From Paraspadella gotoi (taxonomy: Eukaryota; Animalia; Chaetognatha): DNA of 64,000 bases. Below, one piece after another: positions 39,720 through 54,599 of this stretch. The stretch covers positions 21,403,987 to 21,467,986 of the forward strand of contig CM119266.1 of the NCBI GenBank assembly GCA_051294375.1, in the 5' to 3' direction. A program made the position numbers and the translations under genes. Positions within the stretch are counted from its first letter, which is position 1; each line of letters opens with the position of its first letter. The notes beneath the pieces are model-generated. The model was given only the letters and a program-made list of their open reading frames with translations, was not told the DNA's origin and searched no databases.

Positions 39720-40778
39720 AATCCGCTTATGGATTTGACTCAGTTCCGAGACTCGTTAATCTGCTCCAATTTGAAAGGAGGCGTGGCGGCCGAAAGTAAA
39801 TGCGACGGGGATCGAGGAAGACGACGACGACGACGGCAACGATTTCCGGCGCCGGAAATGGATGACGGCGACGACGCCTCCTCTTTAGAAGTCGAGTTTG
39901 GAACGACGCCGGGTTTTCGACTTCGAGGACGACAACAACGACAACGACGAGGACGACGGCCAGTCAGCGCCAAGGCCGACGCAGATAAAACAGCGGGAAG
40001 CGAAAGATGTTGCGGAGGAAATCAGCGTGAATGCGAAATCGGAAGAAAAATCGAAAGCGGAAGCGAAAGCGGAATCCAAACCTTGAGAAGAGAGATGAAG
40101 CTCATCGGAGGTAAAAGCGAAATCGCCGTGGAAAGAATCGGATATGACGCCGCTTCTATCGGCGCCGTATTTCATCGCGCCGACGCCGCCGAAAACGGCT
40201 CTATCGACAACGACGCCGGAGTCAAAGGTGGCGCAGACTTTCGCGCCGACGCCGACGCCGTAACCGCCGCCGCGGCCCCCGCCACGGAAAGCGGGATCGA
40301 ATCAAAGGCGTTGCCGCGACTAAGACGACGACGAAGACGAAAACCGCGGGATGTTCTTTTGTTCGATGACGCCAACGACGACGACCATAACGACGACGAG
40401 GGAACAACGCCATCTTGTGTCGATGGAGGAAAAGTTGACGCTAATGGGATTTTGGGAAGCGGCGTTCACCTCGGATCCGAACCCGGACCGCGTTTTACCC
40501 TTTTTTCCTCCGAGCCCTCTCTTTCCTCCTTCTCTTCCTCCTCCTCCTCCTCCCCCTCCTACTCCACCCACCTCTCCCTCCCCCTTCGCCTCTCGAACGT
40601 GAACCAACTCCGTGATGAGGTTCCGTCTCCTCGTCACGCCCTCTTTTGTAACGATGCAAATCTCCTTGACAACCGAGTAAAATCCCGTTGCTATGGAAGA
40701 CGAAAATTTGTTGGTCGCGGAGGAAACACGAAGCGTTGCCACGGAAACGAAGGCGTCTGGGGAAGGAGCTGGGACGAA

Positions 40779-40816
<38 letters not shown>

Positions 40817-41130
40817 AATTGGCGAAAAAAGGCGAAGCGAGAAGACGGCGATTACGTGGGAAAAACCACTTCCGGTGGAAGGCGATGGGAAAGCGTCTAA
40901 TCTCTTTTCCGGGGCGGGACGGGAAGAAGGCGCGATTACAAAGACGTCGAGAAAGGCGGCGACGACAACAACGACGATGATGATGAGGAAAAAGACAACA
41001 AAGATGCCAAAAACGACGACGACAACGACGACGACTGCCAACTCCCATTTTCTCGAATCCAAAAAAATCGGTTTTTCAAAGACGATTCTCTCCTCGATGG
41101 GCAGAGCCGCGTTGGCGGTTCTCTTTCTCG
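39552..41130 (+). CDS. Long low-complexity ORF ending at a strong splice donor; probable first exon of an unidentified gene
   Basis: 527 open codons in a GC-rich island with poly-Arg/Asp/Thr/Ser runs derived from (GAC)n. It ends ...MGRAALAVLFL G|GTGAGT (donor at ~41131-41137). No downstream exon identified; N-gaps follow. Confidence 0.4.
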
Positions 41131-42455
41131 GGTGAGTTTTACTTAGTTTTTAGTAGTTTTTTTTTGGCCGTCTTGGTTGTTTCATTTTTTTAAAATGTTT
41201 TTGTGAGGTAGTAGATATGTTCCTTCGTGTGTCTCTCTTCTCTCTCTCTCCTCTTCTCTCTCTCTCTCTCTCTCNNNNNNNNNNNNNNNNNNNNNNNNNN
41301 NNNNNNNNNNNNNNNNNNNNNNNNNNNNNNNNNNNNNNNNNNNNNNNNNNNNNNNNNNNNNNNNNNNNNNNNNNNNNNNNNNNNNNNNNNNNNNNNNNNN
41401 NNNNNNNNNNNNNNNNNNNNNNNNNNNNNNNNNNNNNNNNNNNNNNNNNNNNNNNNNNNNNNNNNNNNNNNNNNNNNNNNNNNNNNNNNNNNNNNNNNNN
41501 NNNNNNNNNNNNNNNNNNNNNNNNNNNNNNNNNNNNNNNNNNNNNNNNNNNNNNNNNNNNNNNNNNNNNNNNNNNNNNNNNNNNNNNNNNNNNNNNNNNN
41601 NNNNNNNNNNNNNNNNNNNNNNNNNNNNNNNNNNNNNNNNNNNNNNNNNNNNNNNNNNNNNNNNNNNNNNNNNNNNNNNNNNNNNNNNNNNNNNNNNNNN
41701 NNNNNNNNNNNNNNNNNNNNNNNNNNNNNNNNNNNNNNNNNNNNNNNNNNNNNNNNNNNNNNNNNNNNNNNNNNNNNNNNNNNNNNNNNNNNNNNNNNNN
41801 NNNNNNNNNNNNNNNNNNNNNNNNNNNNNNNNNNNNNNNNNNNNNNNNNNNNNNNNNNNNNNNNNNCAAGTCTCTTACTTAATAGGATCGGAATTCTCTT
41901 TAACCTTTCCCTACTTTTAATCATGAGCCACTTTTCTCCGGCGTCACGAGCCTCGTTTTTCGATTGAAGAATTCTCTTTGATCTGAGCCGCGGAATCCGC
42001 TCTTGATCCTGACAATTGTTACCATGGTTACCATTTTCTGGAAATCCTTGCAGTTCCCCCAAGGACATCAATCTCGCTGGGTTTTTTTTTTATTCCTGGA
42101 TTCCTTGGAATTTCATTGTTTCAGAGAAACCATTTCTGATTCTACGTATTCAACTTAGTATAATTCTTTACATTTTCTTCTTGTCTCGTTAGACGTAAAC
42201 GTTTCAAGATAAGTCTATAACAACTCCTTCCCTTCTGGCCCCAGTCACAATCAGCCTCTCTCCCTCTCCAACTCAATACCATCATCTTTTTTGCAAATTC
42301 CATTGCCATCAACACCCCGCTCGCAAGACCGCGCATCTTTGCCCTCATTTTCTCCGCCGAATCAAAAATTCTTGTATTCATGGAAAACATTTTCCTCATT
42401 TTTCATATTCCGCCTCTTTATCTCTTTCTCTCTCCCTTACCCACCTCTCATTTTA

Positions 42456-42493
<38 letters not shown>

Positions 42494-42869
42494 NNNNNNN
42501 NNNNNNNNNNNNNNNNNNNNNNNNNNNNNNNNNNNNNNNNNNNNNNNNNNNNNNNNNNNNNNNNNNNNNNNNNNNNNNNNNNNNNNNNNNNNNNNNNNNN
42601 NNTCCTCTCTATCATATCCTTTCCTTTCTTTTTTTTTCTCTCCTTCTCTCTCTCTCCTTTTCTTTCTATTTACATCCTTTTCTGTGCTCCTTAAATTCTT
42701 CCCTAATTTCGTCTTTTACTAAAAAAGAGGAATTGTTTCCTTTTATTTTCTCGGAGTCTCTTTCTCTTTTTTCTTTCGCTCTCTCTCTCTCTCCATCTCC
42801 CTCTCACACTGTGTTCGGCGTCACAACAGGTCCCCGCGGATAATAAAAGAATTCTTTCATTCCTAATTT

Positions 42870-43408
<539 letters not shown>

Positions 43409-43586
43409 ATTCAAGGAATGAGGAAGGCGCCAGACTTAAGCGCGAGTAATTGATGGATTTCACGCGCTTTTATTCATTTCACTTTTATTTTTCGGCTTTT
43501 CTCATTTTTCTTCGATCGCTTCGTCGCCAACGGAACAAAAAATTAAGTCAAATGGTAGATCTACTTGCGGATCGACGCGGATCGAA

Positions 43587-45348
43587 AATAGAAAAACCCG
43601 AAAATAAAATCATAAAAATAAAAAGAAAAAAACACGACAAATATCGCGAGACAAAAAAAAAAGATTGAAGGTGAAAAAAAAGAAGCAGAAAACCAGAAAA
43701 AAAAAATTCGTCTGCTTTTCTAATGACCCTCGGGAAATATGAACGTCAAAACGTGACGCAATTTGCGGGACACTTTGTCATTCTCTTCGACCGGCGAGAG
43801 ACGGACCCTCTCTCCGCCTTTGGAGAGGCTCACTTGTCTTGCGAGGTCTCATCAGCGCCATCTCTTCTTTTAAAAGGAACAATCATTTTCGCGTTTCTCG
43901 TAATAACTTACCTTATCAATCAGGTCGTTGAGCTTGCTTGCTTGCTGTAACTAATCTTCCAATCCTATTTTTATTTATTTTTTCAGCCTTCATCGCATCC
44001 GCGTTTCCATGATTCCATCTGTCTTCCCCGGTTCTTCTTTCATCCATCCATGGATCAGTTCATTCTTTAATCAATCAATCAATTCATCCATCCATCCCTC
44101 CGTCCGTCCGTCCGTCCGTCCGTCCATCCATCCATCCATCCATACATCCATCCATCCATCCATCTCTTTACCTTTACAGATTATTTTCATCAAACCCGCT
44201 TTTCTCCAGTTTAGATTATTGCTACTCGTTAAAGAAATGGCACTTAGTTTGATCGCTCCGAAAAAATCTCCTGCTGTAGAGAGAGATGTATTTCTTAACG
44301 TTTCACATTTATGGCTCTGGCTAGAAAAAGATGGAAGGTAGCTGATATCCCCGTTGGCCGTTTTGAAAAACTCGCATCTTCGATGACGTCGAAACCAGAA
44401 AGGATTAAGTTGTCCGCGTAGACGAACACAAATGTCTGGTAAAAAAAATGACGATACCGTTAGTCCTCACCTTTGGCCCCGAGACTGAACTCTAGTTTCA
44501 CCAACCAAACGAACCGAACCTAGTTCCAACCCGATATGGTGGACTTTTCGTCGACTCACCCATTAAACTAACCTACCTTTAACCCACCCCTATCCCCCCC
44601 CACTCTTTTCTCCAACCACCTCGTTTTCCCTTTTTTTTTCCAAACGTCGGACGATTTTATCTCAGCGAAAAATAAATATTTCCGGTTTTGTCCTCATAAA
44701 GTTTCTTCCTGAAAAAGTTATTGCGTCGCCGGGCGCCCATTTTTTTCCTTTTTTTTTTTCTTCTTTTTTTCTTTTTTTATTTCCCCGTTGCAAAAACTGA
44801 GGGCCTGTACCTCGAAACGAAACGAAACGAAAAGGAAACAAAAAGGAAAGAAAAACAGATGACGTCTAAAATGGAAATAAAAAAAAAGACGGTTTTTTTT
44901 CCTGAGTTATAACAGAGTGTTTTTTTTTTCAAGCGATTGTGCTGGACCTTTTTAACAATAAACAAGAATTTTTTTTATAATTTGTGATTATAAATTATTT
45001 AATTCAGAAAGAAGAGAAACATAAGTAACCTTTATTTAAAAATAATTGTAGTGACTGTAAATTTTTAAATATCAAAAGTATCGAAGAGTCTTCATAATTA
45101 GTCACTCTCTCCCTCAATGAGTCTATCGTATGAACATTGAACAATTATTCAATGTACATTGTACGTATATTATACTGATAGTACGTCGTATAACTCGTTA
45201 AATAATCTTCGTATCACTGAAAATTCACAATATCCGGCGGACCCTCATCATGGGCTCACGATTTGACTCTTGATTCACTCGGATCCAAACCTTTTTAACT
45301 ACTATCTGGTCTGAAGTCGCACAAATTATAGTCTCCGTCGGGTCGCGT

Positions 45349-45423
<75 letters not shown>

Positions 45424-45544
45424 TTTCTCTCTCTTTTCCTCCCCTCTCTTTCTCTCATTATCCCAAACGAGGCTCCAGACACGTAAACAATTTTCCTTCC
45501 TTTTTTCTTAATTTTTCCCTTTCAACCGACCAGGATTAGGGGAG

Positions 45545-45633
<89 letters not shown>

Positions 45634-46795
45634 CGCTTCGTCTTTCGTCGCTCTCACGCTCATTTTGACTTTCGAGATGGTTTATTGCCGGTTCGTTGGC
45701 TCTCTTCGCAGTACAGCCTCCTCGCGGTTCTGATTCCAAAATGTACAACATTCCTGCCATTTTTCGACTTGAAAATTAAAATTTTATTCATTCTCTTTAC
45801 GTCAGTTTTTGTAAATTTTATTACAATGTGTCAACTAAATAGTTTGGACGTTTCCCTGTCACTTTCACAATCCACATTCTCCTTCGATTCCAACTTCCTT
45901 ATCTTACAATCCAATTGTCTTCCCAAAGTTGTTAACCTCATAAACGCCCCCCGCCCCCTTTAGATCCGCCCTCCCTTCCCACCCCCCTACCTTCCCCCCA
46001 CCGCCTCCCCATTAAAAAAAATCTCTCTCTCAAAAAAAAAAGGATTCTCGATTTTTAAAAGTAATTTACATTTTAATGTTTTAAGTGGGAAACGTCGTCG
46101 TCGTCGTCGTTATCGTCGTCATTGTCGTCGCGGAATTTGTCGAGAGATCGTTTTCTTTCGATTCATGTTGAATAATCGAAATTAAATCATCGGCCATCAT
46201 CGTTAGTAATTTCATTTTTTTAATCGTCTTTTCAGAAAAATAATGACAAAAAAAAACTGTTTAACTAGGACTTCAATACGTACAATTAAATATTTTTTAA
46301 AAATTTCGTGTGAGGAAAAAAAATTGTAGTGTAAACAACTAAACTAGTCTCTCAGATGGGTATATGACTATTAGAAAATATAGTTAGGCTTTTATGTATT
46401 TATGTAAATATTTTATCCCGTATGTATGCTATGTACACTTTTTCCGTCTACGTAAAGGGGGAAAAAAAACACATTTCCACAATTTTTTCAGCAAAACATT
46501 TTTTAAATGCATGAAGTTTTTAACCGTAAACTGGTTCATTACCTGAGGTTCTTGTCAGACAAGGTCGGCGACGACGATGGCGACGAAAACGACGACGACG
46601 ATGAAAATGACGACGACGACGACGACGACGAAAACTTCAAAAACTAATAACCGAATGCAAACGCGACCACGAAGGCCTTGGAACTTTGCACGCGGAAGCA
46701 AACAAGACCCATGAGCTGGATCGAAGGAAGGAAGGAAAAGAAGCTTGGAAGAGAAATCGGGTGAGAGAGAGAGAGAGGAGAGAAGAAGAGAGGAG

Positions 46796-46829
<34 letters not shown>

Positions 46830-46964
46830 AGAGAGAGAGAGAGAGAGAGAGAGAGAAGAAAGCTTAAAAGGGGAAACTGAAAGAGACAGAGACTGAGAAG
46901 GGATTGAATCTGCGAATGAGAATGAAGGAAGTGAGACTTAATTTTTTTCTCACTTCCGGCCGCC

Positions 46965-47027
<63 letters not shown>

Positions 47028-50000
47028 CTCTCTCTCTCTCTATCTCGCCACGAAAGGATCTTAGACTTTGGCAATCCAATTTCCATTTAATCAAAGTTTG
47101 ATTGCGAGAAAGTCCCGATGACAATGGCAGCGGCTGCAGGAGAAAAGCCGCCATTGGCGAAACTCAATTACGAAACAAGCGCGACCCGCGGAAAATTGTT
47201 ATTTCCGGTTTTCGAAACTGAAAAACAAAAAAAAGGGACACCGCTGGAATGGATCTTAAAATCGATCTGTTTCTTTCAGAAAACAATTAAAACGTGAAGG
47301 CAAAGGATTTCATCGACGTTTGGCTCTTTTTTTATATTATAGAGAATAAATATTTAGCGCTTTGATGCATACATTCTCTGTCGTAATAGTAGTCTGTAAC
47401 AGTCTACAGTGTTAATAATAAAAGTTGGTGTTACTATTAAGAAAAGACATTAAATCGAAAAGTTAATTTCGTAACCCACTAATCGACCATAAGTAAGTAT
47501 AAACCTCCTTGCTTTTAAGCACGATTCAAGTATGACGACGTCGACCGGTCGACTCAGTTTCTCTCAATCGATCGAATCTCTTCTCCGCTGGATTTAACTT
47601 CCCGCTTCTCATTTCACAAGGAAATTTCTGACCACGTAGGAAGGGAAAGCGGGGTGGAATGGGGTGGTGGAAGGAGTGGCTAGCGGACGGGGTGTCGAGG
47701 GGGTGGGAAGCGTCAGCGCTTGATTTATGGTTGGGACGCGATTCTCGGCTTCGAAGTCGAAGAAGGAAAGTAATTTCAAAGATTTCGCCGCGGAGAGAGA
47801 AAGCGGTGGGTGGGTGGGTCTGGAGTAGAATCTGGGTGAGGAACGAGCGGGTGAATGCGCGTGAGAAAGAGATTGAATGCTGAATGATGAATGCTGAATA
47901 CTGAATACATTCATTTCGTAATATACTACTTACGTCTCTTATTCTTATTTTCTCTTCTTTTTTTTCATTCTTAGACTTATAGCCGTAATTATTTTTTTAT
48001 TCTTCGATATTTTCTTTTCTTTATTCATTTTTTTTCTCCTCATTCTTATAGATTTTTTTTTGCTCTCAGATCTTTCTAATTATCACTTTCTTCCATTTCC
48101 ATTTTCTTTAATTCCTTCCTCCCTTCTTCCCTTCCTCTCTTCCTCCCTTCCTCTCTTCCTCCGTTCTTCCCTTCCTCCTTTCCTCCCTTCTCTCTTCCTC
48201 CTTTCTCTTTCTTCCCTTCCTCCCTTCCTCTCTTCCTCCTTTCCTCTCTTTACTTCCCTTTCCCCTCCTCCGTTCTTCCCTTCCTCCCTTCCTCGCTTCC
48301 TCGCTTCCTCCCTCCTCCCTTCTCCCTTCATTCGCCTTCCACCGTTCTTCCCTATTCTCGTTCCAAATCTCATCCATTCTTCGCCAAAGGAAATTTTATT
48401 CAAAAAAAAAATAACAAAAAAAACTGAGACCGGCGTCGACGCCGAAAATGAAAATGACGCCGCATCGATGCAAATTCGGCTTCTGGCTTCTGACGTCGCC
48501 GCACCGCGCTCACATTTAAAATACTCTTTTTAACTAGGCTCGTAGTGTCGGCACTGTACCCATAATCATTACGATGCTTGCGTCCGTTGGCGTGGAGATA
48601 CGTCCTCGTTGAAAAGCCACCGCCTCCTTTACGTCATCAGTCATACGACATGGGCGCCAACGTCGACGCAACCAAGATGCTCTCCGCGACGATTTTCCAA
48701 CATTGTCTGCGACATCTATGAAATAAATATAAATAAAAAAAAGAGCATCGATGTGAAACCGACTTTAATGAATAAAAAAAAAGGCGTGAAAATAGAAACC
48801 CCTAAAATAAAATCATAAAAATAAAAAAAAAAAACAACGACACTGACATACGCTCTAGATCAAAAAAAAGCGTAATTGAAGGTTTGAAAAAAATGAACGC
48901 AGAAATACTACATGAAAAAAATAATATTCCTCCTCGCTTCTAATGACCCTCGGGAAATATAACGTCAAAAACGTGACGCAAATTTGCGGGACACTTTTCA
49001 TTCTCTTCGACCGGCGAGAGACTGGACCCCTCTCCGCCTTTGAGAGCCTACTTGTCTTGCGAGGTCTCATCAGCCCATCTCTTCTTTTAAAAGGACAATC
49101 ATTTTCGCGTCTGAAAACTACCTATCAATCAGGTCGTTGAGCTTGCTTGCTTGCTGTAACTAATCTTCCAATCCTATTTTTATTTATTTTTTCAGCCTTC
49201 ATCGCATCGCGTTTCCATGATTCCAATCTGTCTTCCCGGTTCTTCTTTCATCCATCCATGGATCATTCATTCTTAATCATCAATCAATGTCATCACCATC
49301 CCTCCTCGTCCGTCCGTCCGTCGTCCGTCCATCCATCCATCCCATCCATACATCCATCCATCCATCCATCTTTTACCTTTACAGATTATTTTCATCAAAC
49401 CCCTTTTCTCCAGTTTAGATTTATTGCTACTCGTTAATAGAAATGCACTTGTTTGATCGCTCCGAAAAAATTCCTGCTGTAGAGAGAGATGTATTTCTTA
49501 ACGTCACATTTATGGCTCTGGCTAGAAAAAGATGGAAGGTAGCTGATATCCCGTTGGCCCGTTTTTTTGAAAACTCGCTATCTTCGATGACGTCGAAACC
49601 AGAAAAGGATTAAGTTGTCGCTAGACGAACACAAATGTCTGGCTAAAAAAAATGACGATACCGTTAGTCTCACCATTTGGCCCCGAGACTGAACTCTAGT
49701 TTCCCAACCAACGAACCGAACCTTAGTTCCACCGATATGGGTGGACTTTCGGTCGCTCACCCATTAAACTAACCTACCTTTAACCCACCCCTATCCCCCC
49801 CCACTCTTTTTCTCCAACCACCTTCGTTTTCCCTTTTTTTTTTCCAAACGCTCGGACCGATTTTATCTCAGCGAAAAATAAAATATTCCGGTTTTGTCCT
49901 CATAAGTTTCTTCTCGAAAAAAGTTATGCGTCGCCGGGCGCCCATTTTTTCCTTTTTTTTTTTCTTCTTTTTTTCTTTTTTATTTCCCCGTTTGCAAAAA

Positions 50001-50583
50001 TGAGGGGCCTGTACCCGAAACGAAACGAAACGAAAAGGAAACAAAAAGGAAAGAAAAACAGATGACGTCTAAAATGGAAATAAAAAAAAGACGTTTTTTT
50101 TCCTGGAGTTAATAACAGAGTGTTTTTTTTTCAAGCGATTGTGCATGGACCTTTTTAACAAAAACAATAATTTTTTTTATAATTTGTGATTATAAATTAT
50201 TTTAATTCAGAAGAAGAGAAACATAAGTAACCTTTATTAAAAAAATGTGTAGTGACTGAATTTTTAAATATCAAAAGTATCGAAGATCTTCATAATTAGT
50301 CACTCTCTCCCTCATGAGTCTATCGTATGAACATTGAACAATTATTCAATGTACAATGTACATTGTACGTATATTATACTGATAGTACGTCGTAGTAACT
50401 CGTTAAATAATCTTCGTATCACTGAAAATTCACCAATATCCGGCGGACCCTCATCATGGGCTCACGATTTGACTCTTGATTCCTCGGATCAAACCTTTTT
50501 AACTACTATCTGGTCTGAAGTCGCACAAATTAAGTCTCCGTACGGGTCGCGTCTCTTCTCTCTCTCCTCCTCTCTCTCTCTCT

Positions 50584-50630
<47 letters not shown>

Positions 50631-50776
50631 TCTTTTTCTCTCTCTTTTCCTCCCCTCTCTTTCGTCTCATTATCCCAAACGAGGCTCCAGACACGTAAAC
50701 AATTTTCCTTCCTTTTTTCTTAAATTTTCCTTCAACCGACCAGGATTAGGGAGCCAGAGAGAGAGAGAAGAGAGAG

Positions 50777-50817
<41 letters not shown>

Positions 50818-51966
50818 GAGAGAGAGCAGAGAGAGAGAGGGAGGGCGCTTCGTCTTTCGTCCTCTCACGCTCATTTTTGATTTCGAGATGTTTATTGCCG
50901 GTTCGTTGGCCTCTCTCGCAGTACAGCCTCCTCGCGGTTTCTGATTCCAAAATGTACAACATTCCTGCCAAATTTTTTCGACTTGAAAATTAAAATTTTA
51001 TTCATTCTCTTTACGTCAGTTTTTGTAATTTTATTACAATTGTCAACTAAATAGTTTGGACGTTTCCCTGTCACTTTCACAATCCACATTCTTCTTCGAT
51101 TCAACTTCCTTATCTTACAATTCCAATTGTCTTCCCAAAGTTTGTTAACCTCAAAACGCCCCGCCCCCTTAGATCCGCCCTCCCTTCCCACCCCCCTACC
51201 TTCCCCACCCGCCTCCCCATTAAAAAAAATCTCTCTCTCACAAAAAAAAAGGATTCTCGATTTTTAAAAGTATTTGAACATTTTAATGTTTTAAGGTGGA
51301 AACGTCGCGTCGTCGTCGTTATCGTCGTCTTGTCGTCGCGGAATTTGTCGAGAGATCGTTTTCTTTCGATTCATGTTGAATAATCGAAATTAAATCATCG
51401 GCGAATCATCGGTTAGTAATTTCATTTTTTAATCGTTTTTCAGTAAAAAATAATGACAAAAAAAAACTGATTTAACTAGGACTTCAATACGTACATTAAA
51501 ATTTTTTTAAAATTCGTGTGAGAAAAAAAATGTGTGTAAACAACTAAACTAGTCTCTCCAGATGGGTATATGACTATTAGAAAATATAGTTAGGCTTTTT
51601 ATGTATTTATGTAAGATATTTTATCCCGTATGTATGCGTATGTACACTTTTTCCGTCTACGTAAAGGGGGAAAAAAAACACATTTCCACAATTTTTTCAG
51701 CAAAACATTTTTTAAATGCATGAAGTTTTTAACCGTAAACTGGTTCATTACCTGAGTTCTTGTCAAGACAAGTCGGCGACAGACGATGGCGAGAAAACGA
51801 CGACGACGATGAAAACTGACGACGACGACGGACGACGACGAAAACTTTCAAAAACTAAAACCGATGCAAACGCGAACCACGAAGGCCTGGAACTTTTGCA
51901 CGCGGAAGCAAACAAAGACCATGATGCTGGAATCGAAAGGAAGGAAAAGAAGTTGGGAGAAAATCG

Positions 51967-52002
<36 letters not shown>

Positions 52003-52004
52003 AG

Positions 52005-52055
<51 letters not shown>

Positions 52056-52189
52056 GAGAGAGAAGAAAGCTTAAAAAGGGGAAACGTGAAAGGAGACAGA
52101 GACTGAGAAGGAGTTTGAATCTGCGATGAGAATGAAGGAAGTGAGACTTAATTTTTTTCTCACTTCCGCGACCGCCCCCCTCTCCCTTC

Positions 52190-52224
<35 letters not shown>

Positions 52225-54010
52225 CTCTTCTTCTCTCTCTCTCTCTTCTCGCACGAAAGGATCTTAGACTTGGCCAAATCCAATTTCCATTTTAATCAAA
52301 GTTTGATTTGCGAGAAAGTCCCAGATGAGCAATGGCAGCGGCTGCAGGAGAAAGCCGCCATTGGCGAAACTCAATTACGAAACAAGCGCGACCCGCGGAA
52401 AATTGTTATTTCCGGTTTTCGAAACTGAAAAACAAAAAAAAGGGACACCGCTGGAATGGATTCTTAAAATCGATCTGTTTCTTTCAGAAAACAATTAAAA
52501 CGTGAAGGCAAGAAGGATTCATTCGACCGTTTGGCTCTTTTTTTAATTAATATAGAATAAATATTTAGCGCTTTGATGTATACATTCTCTGTCGTAATAG
52601 TAGTCTGTAACAGTCTACAGTGTTAATAATTAAAAGTTGGTGTTACTATTAAGAAAAGACATTAAATCGAAAAGTTATTTCGGTAACCCACTATATCGAC
52701 CATAAGTAAGTATAAACCTCTTGCTTTAAGCACGATTCAAGTAGACTCTTCAACGCTCCCACGACGTCGACCGGTCGACTCAGTTTTCTCTCAATCGATC
52801 GAATCTCTTCTCCGCTGGATTTAACTTCCGCTTCTCATTTCACAAGGAAATTTCTGACCACGTAGGAAGGGAAAGGGGGTGGAATGGGGTGGTGAAGGAG
52901 TGGTCTACGACGGGGTGTCGAGGGGGTGGGAAGCGTCAGCGCTTGATTTATGGTTGGGACGCGATCTCGGCTTGAAGTCGTAGAAGGAAAGTAATTTCAA
53001 AGATTCCGCGCGGAGAGAGAAAGCGAGTGGGTGGGTGGGTCTGGGGTAGAATCTGGTGAGGAACGAGCGAGTGAATGCCGTGAGAAAGAGATTGAATGCG
53101 TGAATGATGAAGTTGCTGAATACTGAATACATTCATTCGTAATATACTACTTACTACGTCTCTTATTCTTATTTTCTTTCTTCTTTTTTTTCATTCTTAG
53201 ACTTATAGCCGTAATTATTTTTTTTTCTTCGATATTTTCTTTTCTTTAATTCATTTTTTTTTCTCCTCTTCTTATAGATTTTTTTTTCTCTCAGATCTTT
53301 CTAATTATCACTTTCTCCATTTTCCATTGTCTTTAATTCCTTCTCCTCTCTCCTCTCTTCCTCTTCCTCCTTCCTGGCTCTTCCTCCGTTCTTCCCTTCC
53401 TAAACTCCTCTTCCTCCCTTCTCTCTTCCTCCTTCTCTCTTTTCCTTCCCCTTCCTCCCTTCCTTCCTCTTCCTCCTTTCCTCTCTTTGCTCTTCTCCCC
53501 TTCTCGTTCTTCCCTTCCTCCCTTCCTCGCTTCCTCGCTTCCTCCCTTTCCTCCCTTCCTTCCTCCTTCCACCGTTCTTCCCTATTCTCGTTCCAAATCT
53601 CATCCATTCTTCGCCAAAGGAAATTTTATTCAAAAAAAAAACAAAACTGAGACGGCGTCGACGCCGAAAAATGGAAAATGACGCCGCATCGATGCAAATT
53701 CGGCTTCTGGCTTCTGACGTCGCCGCACCCGCTCACTTTAAAATACTCTTTTTAACTAGGCTCGTAGTGTCTGGCACTGTAGCCATAATCATTACGATGC
53801 TGTGCGTCCGTTGGGTGGAGATACGTCCTCGTTGAAAAGCCCACCGCTCCTTTACGTCATCAGTCATACGACATGGGGCCAACGTCAACGCAACCAAGAT
53901 GCTCTCCGCGACGATTTTCCAACATTGGTCTGCGACATCTATGAATAAATATAAATAAAAAAAAGAGCATCGATGTGAAAACCGACTTTAATGAAAAAAA
54001 AAAAGGCGTG
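43587..54010 (+). repeat. Tandem duplication (~43587-48790 and ~48791-54010)
   Basis: Both copies begin AATAGAAA..CC..AAATAAAATCATAAAAAT and end AAAAAAGGCGTGA. They are collinear, with mostly single-base indels. Confidence 0.95.
48090..48360 (+). repeat. Polypyrimidine (CCTT/CCT-rich) low-complexity tract (duplicate at ~53310-53590)
   Basis: About 270 nt composed almost entirely of C and T. Confidence 0.85.
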
Positions 54011-54014
54011 AGAG

Positions 54015-54087
<73 letters not shown>

Positions 54088-54559
54088 NNNNNNNNNNNNN
54101 NNNNNNNNNNNNGAGAGAGAGAGAGAGAGAGTAGAAAATGGAAAATGAGAATAAGATGAGAACAATACGACGACGGACGGAAGGGAAAAAAAGAGGAAAA
54201 AAACGAAAAATAGTTAATGAGAAAACGCAGAGAAAAAAAGGCTGGGATGGGAACAAAGGTAGAAAATCAAGGTAAAAAATATGGACGACAACGACAACGA
54301 CGACGACGACGACGAAGAGACGCCGAAAGTCTGTGTTTCCTCAAAATTAAAAATAAACACTATTGCTCAGTAATTCTGTTTTACTGTGACGGTTGTCTAG
54401 TTTAAAAAACTTTTTTTTGAAATAAGATTCAAAATGTTAAAAAACAATAAAAACTAAGTTGATGGGGAAATCCAATCTTGATGGGAAAAACAGTTTTTTG
54501 ATGGAGCAAGCGGCTTTTATCTTCGATGGTGGAGTAAAAAAATTCGGAAGAGATCATTT

Positions 54560-54599
<40 letters not shown>

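Noticed and set aside
43815-43860. CTGATGAG hairpin on the minus strand
   Set aside because: There is no GAAA after the stem in either duplicate copy.
47110-47170. Hammerhead-like CCGATGA-CAATGGC...GCCATTG-GCGAAAC
   Set aside because: Helix II is good, but there is no helix I or helix III with a UH cleavage site, and the duplicate copy reads CAGATGA.
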